Of a stretch of DNA of 64,000 nucleotides, positions 57,604 to 64,000 are shown one piece after another (positions within the stretch are counted from its first letter, which is position 1; each line of letters begins with the position of its first letter). Under the pieces are notes generated by a model, which searched no databases, was not told the DNA's origin, and was given only the letters and a program-made list of their open reading frames with translations. The stretch is from the human T2T-CHM13v2.0 reference genome, Homo sapiens. The position numbers and the translations under genes were made by a program. The stretch lies in NCBI RefSeq assembly GCF_009914755.1, contig NC_060934.1, one strand, 5' to 3'.

Positions 57604-58310
57604 TGAAACCGCCTTTGCAAAATTATAACTAAAGAAATTATGACGGTGAAAGATATCCGACCTAACCAGCTCCATCTTGCTTCTAATATCTCAACTGTCT
57701 TTGTCCATTCCTGGGCATAGGCCAAATTGGCCTTGGGAAGGAATTTAGTTTATGGTTTAAATAATACCTCTTTCCAAAAGCTAAACTGTTCTTGTAAAAT
57801 GAATGATATGCCACCAGCCATAAAGTAATGATGAGAGGGGCTGGGATTCTAAATATTACCAGCCATTATTCCAGAGGTCATAAGATTTGCAACTTCCCCA
57901 AATACTCTTGAAGATAACATCACTATTGTGAAACTAAGATTGGCCTGTTGAGATGTCTTTTCAAGTTTTTGCATTTCTGAAACCAGATGGCCCCACCTGG
58001 GCCTGCCAACCAGTTCTGTGGCCCTCACCCAGGAACTGACTTAGCACAAGAGAACAGATTAGACTCCCTGTGATTTCAACCCTGAGCCAACCAATCAGCA
58101 CTCCTGACTCACTGGCCTCCTGCCCACCAAATTAGCCTTAAAAACTCTGATCCCCGAGTTTTCAGGGAGATTGATTTGAGTACTAATAAATCTCTGGTCT
58201 CCTGCACAGCTGACTCTGCGTAAATTACTCTTTCTCTATTGCAATTCCCCTGTCTTGGTAAATCGGCTCTGTCTAGGCAGTGGGCAAGGTGAACCCGTTG
58301 GTTGGTTATC
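57604..58310 (+). mobile_element. LTR8 solo LTR
   Basis: TGAAACCGCCTTTGCAAAATTATAACT; TSD CTAT (57600-57603, 58311-58314). Confidence 0.85.
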
Positions 58311-58589
58311 CTATTAGCAGTAAATCATACCCTTTTTGTCCAATAATATTTTTACATGGTTATCCATCCATACCTTGTTGAAGCTAAGCATAAAAGTGGA
58401 CAGTTTCTCCTGTATCTTTGTGTTTTCATCCTGAAGACTCCCATGTATATGTATTAAATACACTTGTATACCTTTTCTCCTATCAGTCAATCTGCCTCAT
58501 GTCAGTGATTTTCGGTGAACTCACCAAGTTTCAACCAATCAAAGGCAGCCCACTGTTCAGACCTTGTTCAAATAAGGCAAATGCCAAGC

Positions 58590-59298
58590 TGAAACTACCT
58601 TTGCAAAAGTTATATCAGTGAGAAAAACAAAAACAAACAAACAAAACTAGTAAGCTAAACTAACCCAATCCCCATCTTGCCTTTTTCTTATTATTCCTGG
58701 GCTATTGGGCCAAGCTAACTTTAAAGATATTAAGGCTATAGTTTAATAATAGGCCTTGCCCAGAACTTAACCGATTTTGTAAAGCTAATGGGAAGCCCTT
58801 AGGCTGGGGGAAGGAGCGGAACTTGAGTCCTGCTAAGGTGCAGACATAAGCAATCGTCAGCCATTATTCCTGAGGTTATACCATACGCAACTTCCCCAAT
58901 TACTCCTGCAAATAACAACACTATTGTAGACTGGCCTTTTCAGATATCTTCATAGGTTTTTGTGTGTTTGACACTCATGGCTCCACCTGGACCACCAACC
59001 CAGCTCCTGTGGCCCCACCCAGAAGCGATTCAGCCCACCACAGGATAGCTTCCACCTCCAATGAATGATTTCATCTCCGCCCCAGCCAATCAGCAGCAAG
59101 CATCTGTTACCTGTTACCCCTTCCCCCAAACTGCCTTTGAAAAACCCCTAACTTAGGAGCTCTAAACAAGATGATTTGAGTAGGAACTCTATCTCCCATG
59201 TGTCGTGGCTGGCCTCCTGCCTATTAAACTCTTTCTCTACTACAATGCCGTGGTCTTTCTTTATGCAGTGGGCAGGAAAAATCCCTTGGATGATTACA
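58590..59298 (+). mobile_element. LTR8/LTR26-related ERV1 solo LTR
   Basis: TGAAACTACCTTTGCAAAAG...GATTACA; TSD AAGC (58586-58589, 59299-59302). Confidence 0.8.
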
Positions 59299-59477
59299 AA
59301 GCTGTTACCAATCCAGCTGTTTCTGTACCTCACTTCCATTTTCTATATCTCACTTTCCTTTTTTTATCTATAAATCCTTTCTGTCCATGTGGCAGCACAG
59401 GAGCCTCTCTGGACCTATTCTGGTTTGGGGAACTGCCCGATTCACAAATCATTCTTTCCTTAATTAAACTCTGTTCC

Positions 59478-59787
59478 TTTTTTTTTTTTTTTTTTTTTTT
59501 TTTTGAGAAAGAGTCCCCCTCTGTCACCCAGGCTGTAGTCCAGTGGCATGATCATGGCCCACTGCAGCCTCGAATCCCCAGGCTCAGGTGATTCTTTCAC
59601 CTCAGCCTCCCGAGTAGCTGGGACTACAGGTGCACGCCACCACACCCAGCTAATTTTTAGTATTTTTTGTAGAGATTGGGTTTTGTCATGTTGCCCAGGC
59701 TGGTCTCGAACGCCTGGGCTGAAGTGATCCACCTGTCTTGGCCTCCCAAAGTGCTGGGATTACAGGTGTGAGCCACTGTACCTGGCC
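59478..59787 (-). mobile_element. AluJ
   Basis: Poly(T) tail, Alu arms. Confidence 0.9.
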
Positions 59788-60099
59788 AAACTGTTAAATT
59801 TAATTTGTCTAAAGTTTTAACAAGAGTAAAAGGGAGTGTTTACTGAATGGGGTGCCAGGCATAAAGAATTGGACAGTCCTAATTAAATCAGGCTCTTTAG
59901 CAGCTTTGTGACTTTTTAAAGCCATTGACCTTTCTGAGGCTATTTCTTCACTTTACAAGGAAAATGACAGTGTTTGGCCTTACTAATCATGGAGATACAC
60001 AAAAATGTACTTTATAAATTGTAAACCATGATAAAATGTGAGGTACTATCGTATTTGATAAAGCAGAGTCAAGTTTACTGCTTACTATTGAAATACTGG

Positions 60100-60714
60100 A
60101 TGTACAAATGGACAATTGCCAAACTATATATAAAGATAGTATTTTGACTCACAACCTATCCAGAAAACCAACCCCTTTTGACAATAACCAGCACAGGAAG
60201 GTAGCCTGTTATAAATCAGACTTTCAGGAACTCACTTGTTATCTCTAGTGACAAGCCAGGAAGCTAAATAATAACTTGTGTCACAATCGGCCCCAAATGG
60301 CCAGGACTTGATTAATAACTAACAGATTCTGTAAGTTTTTTTCTCCACTTCCAACTTAGGACCAACTAGGGAAAGCCAAATATGCATTCCCAATCAAACA
60401 CACAGGATTCCCCGCTTCTAGGTAGCCTCCTACAGCTTTCCCAGGCCAATAGCCTCCCTGAGGCCATACCTAAAGCTTTCCTTTTTTCCCCACTATAAAG
60501 CTTTCACACTTCTCTGCCCACCTTTGAGTTTCTGCTAAAACTCAATGATGGTGGCTGTTTCTCTTGCTATAGCAGCTCTGAATAAATAGCCTTTGCTTTT
60601 CTCAGGCTGGGGGATGGAGCGGAACCTGAGTCCTGCTAAGGTGCAGACATAAACAATTGTCAGCCATTATTCCTGAGGTTATATGATACAGAAGAAGACA
60701 TATTTATTTCCATA
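60100..60714 (+). mobile_element. MER67-like ERV1 LTR
   Basis: CCAAATGGCCAGGACTTGATTAATAACT...TTCCAACTTAGGACCAAC...CTGAATAAATAGCC; subfamily from recall. Confidence 0.55.
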
Positions 60715-60827
60715 TTTGACATTTATATATAGGACCTTGGGTCACAAGATACTGAATGGGACTTTTGCCGTTGTTTTGGAATTGTCATTATAGTCATAAT
60801 GCTGAGTTCTTAGGTACTAAGTACAGC

Positions 60828-61287
60828 TGTTACCGGATGGAAGGTCTTGACTGAGTCGTCCAGGTTCTTGATATGTTGAACAAAGAATTGAACAAAATGC
60901 ATAAACAAAGCAACAAAGGAATGAAGCAACGAAAGACAAAGCAACAAGAGAACAATAACAAAAGCACAGATTTACTGACACTCCAGAGTAGGAGCAGATT
61001 AGAGCAAGCAACTCAAGAGTGCCCCTCCACCCCAATTAGGGTTTTTATTAAGCTGAAAGAATTTGGTAACAACCCTAGGTGCCCTTTAGAGGCCTCCAAT
61101 TGGTTACACCCTAGGAAGGCTTGGCCAGTGACCAATCAGAGGCTGAAGTGGAAACTTCTGTCTTGTTATCACAGAGCAAGGATGTGGCCGGTATGCTGCC
61201 GAATCTTGCCTAGAACTGTCCGCACCTGCTGCTCTTTTGTTTATGCCTTTACCCTTGGTTACCCTAATTCCCCATTCTCCTGCCTCA
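60828..61287 (-). mobile_element. ERV1 solo LTR (LTR19/MER61-like)
   Basis: TGTTACC...CCTGCCTCA termini; TSD CAGC (60824-60827, 61288-61291). Confidence 0.75.
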
Positions 61288-61320
61288 CAGCCATGGGACT
61301 GACTAAAAGTTAACCCAACA

Positions 61321-61632
<312 letters not shown>

Positions 61633-61727
61633 TCAGCATTCCCCAAAGCCTAATGAAAAGTAGAAATGTTCCCAGGGTAGCAAAATTGTCCTAGAAAAAG
61701 GATGCTGAAGCTTCTCAAGCACGGATA

Positions 61728-63127
61728 CAGTAGTCCATCTATTCACAGTTTCACTTTCTATGGTTTCAGTTACCTGCAGTCAATTGCAATCCAAAAATAT
61801 CAAATGGAAAATTCCAGAAATAAACAATTCCAATACATTTAAAGTTGTGCGCCATCTGAGTGGTATGATGAAAACTCTTGCCTTCTGGCTCTGCACCTGA
61901 GATATGACTCATCCCTTCGTCTAGCATATCTATGCTAGATACACTATCCACCTATTAGGCACTTAGTAGCAGATCAAGTGTCCTGGTATTGCCGTGCTTA
62001 TGTTCAAGTAACCCTTTATCTCACTTAATAATGGCCCCAGAATACGAGAGCAAAGATCATAATGCTGGCTATTCACATATGCTAAGGAAAAGCCATAAAG
62101 TGCTTCCTGTAAGTGAAAAGGTGAAAGTTCTCAACTTAATACGAAAAGAAAAAAATGATATGCTGAGGTTGCTGAGATCTGAAGTAAGACTTGTTATCTG
62201 AGAGACCAAAATAGATGCCCCTTTGTTAGCTAAGACAGACCTTAAAGTTAAGGAAATAAAGTTACCTATGGGTTGAGTTGCCTACCGATTCAGGGCCTGG
62301 CTAGCATGGCAAATTTCTAATTTCCTCCACCTCTAAATGTCCTAACAATAGGAGCTATCAGATCCTTCCTAACTCTGATTTATAACCCAGGCCTAATTAC
62401 AACTCTAATTGGATGGAGGGGCACCAAACATTCTTTTCTGATAAGAAATTACAGACTTTAAGCCAGTTTCAGTCAGTTTATAGAGGCTGTGCACAAACTT
62501 TGTGTTCTATCATTCACCTTTTGATGTAAAGAGCCAAATTTCACCTTGTGTTAATGCTAAACCCTCCCCCCAACCAAAGTGAACATGGGAGGTATGTTAC
62601 TTATATGTTTACTCATTGCACATGCTCAGCTCCCCTCATAAACGTGTATGGCTTTTCCCTCAAACCCGCCAAATACGTATGACTCTATTGTGTGATACAG
62701 GCCCTGCGAGGTATAAAACCCAACCTGTTCTTCCCTCTTCAAAGGGAGAGCACCTCTGGTCCACACTGGAGAGTATCTCTTTGTGGTTTGCAAACCAATA
62801 TTCCCAAAAAAGCTCTCCTTTCTACTATTTAGCCATCCTCATGGTCTTTGGATTATACAACAAACCTATCCATGAAGATAGGAAGGAAGAGAAGAAGGAA
62901 AAAAAGAAATTCATGCTAGTTTTGCTGTTGCACTTCAAACAGCAAAAGCTGTGGCCACAGTGTGTGACAAGTGCTTAGTTAAGATGGAAAAAGCGTTAGA
63001 TATATGGGCAGAAAACATGAATAAAAATGTATTCTAACTGATGGCAATCAAGTTCAATACTATCCTTGGGTTCAGGCATCTGCTGGGGGTGTTGGACCAT
63101 ATCCCCTATGGATGAGGAAGGCTACTA
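61728..63127 (+). mobile_element. MER44/Tigger7-type TcMar DNA transposon, interrupted by an ERV1 LTR
   Basis: TA-CAGTAGTCC...GCTACTA-TA termini; transposase N-terminal remnant RKSHKVLPVSEKVKVLNLIRKEK in ORF 61989-62201. Confidence 0.75.
62199..62866 (+). mobile_element. ERV1 solo LTR (MER83-like) inside the Tigger element
   Basis: TGAGAGACCAAAATAGATGCCCC...; TATC on both flanks; right boundary approximate. Confidence 0.55.
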
Positions 63128-64000
63128 TATTTACATTTCCTGTGGTGCAAGCAGAACCCATAAAGATTAGCAGAGCTTGAGCCTTCTCATAGGTACCCTG
63201 GAGGCATTTGCCTTCTGGGTTAGAGGACCCCAGCATGGAAGGGGCTTAGGGTGGTTGGTGGTCAGAAAACGTTATGCTGGAAGAAATCATCTCGCCTTGG
63301 ATACAGAATCCTTCATTCAGAACAAAGACTACATTTCCCATCCCCCCTTGCACGTAGGTGTGCAAGTTATGGCCAATGAGATGTGCAGCATTTGTGCAAT
63401 TAAGAGATCCTGCAGGATCTCCTTCCCTAGAGAGGTTTTTGTTTTCCCTCTTTGGCCTCTCCTCCTTCCTTAATCCTAGAGGACGCGGAAGCGGCAGAGT
63501 GGGAAGGAATTAGATAGTAGACCATGTCCCCTTCCATGCAGATCCCTTGGTCATACCCAAGTTAAGGAAGAAGGAGAGAGCATTGAATTGGATGTGAAAT
63601 TCAAGTTTCTCACCGGACTAGGCTAGATTTTTAATACCTGACTGTGACTAAGAAGCTTTGAGATCTGTCCAAGATGTCATTAAAGAACAGAAAATAGGTA
63701 CTTAATGGATATTGGTTCAATGACACTGAGCTATTAAGTACATCCAGATTTTTCCATGTTCCATTTTCTTAAAATGCAGGTACACTTGTATGTTGTAAAG
63801 AATATCTATAGGTTGGGGAGAAAACAGCAGAATTAAGACAACATTTACCAAAAAAAGACACCAGTAGTCAAAAATGCATCATTCTAAACTTCAGTATCCT
63901 ATAGCATGCAGGAGCCTATCCTACTCTAGGGGGAGGTCCTACTCCAGGCTTCCAGTGTGTCTTCTTTATCATTGAATACACAGAATAATGATGTCAATCG

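Larger units (their letters stand above)
56613..58520 (+). mobile_element. MER39-like LTR nested in MER57
   Basis: TTGGGGCTCAGAAAAC...CAGCCTCAGAAACAAAAG; ends TGTCAGTGATTTTCGGTGAAC (3' truncated). Confidence 0.65.
56500..59822 (+). mobile_element. MER57-like LTR fragmented by nested insertions
   Basis: GTTTAGCCTAAAGCTGC...TGTAACCTA / CCAATCAAAGGCAGCC...GCCAAGC / TGTTACCAATCCAGCTG...TTTAACA are collinear with one LTR. Confidence 0.75.

Noticed and set aside
63698-63741. GTACTTAAT...ATTAAGTAC hairpin as a possible ncRNA/miRNA
   Set aside because: Stem only 9-11 bp with a long loop; compatible with chance or an old transposon relic

Overview
Primate (almost certainly human) genomic DNA. The only protein-coding sequence I can support is the last exon of LGI1 (+ strand, 1882-2717; EPTP/EAR beta-propeller, residues G280-A557). 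It is preceded by the end of its last intron and followed by a short 3'UTR with AATAAA at 3047-3052. The remaining ~61 kb is intergenic and repeat-dense: about 25 Alus, L1/L2/MIR fragments, MaLR LTRs including a near-complete MST element, a full LTR12, many nested ERV1 solo LTRs, DNA-transposon relics and microsatellites. I found no prokaryotic-type system, CRISPR array or RNA gene, and I cannot support a wholly new biological system. The best leads are: (i) several alternative 3' acceptors or last exons that would give LGI1 proteins lacking most of the propeller; (ii) an LTR12 whose internal poly(A) signal appears converted into a GTAAGT splice donor; (iii) a THE1 LTR with an intact DUX4 motif and downstream splice sites; (iv) an 80-bp locally templated insertion, a telomere-like G4 insert and a micro template-switch palindrome; (v) multi-layer nested retroelement stacks; (vi) candidate CTCF and RFX sites. 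Repeat subfamily names come from my recall of consensus sequences and need RepeatMasker/Dfam confirmation.
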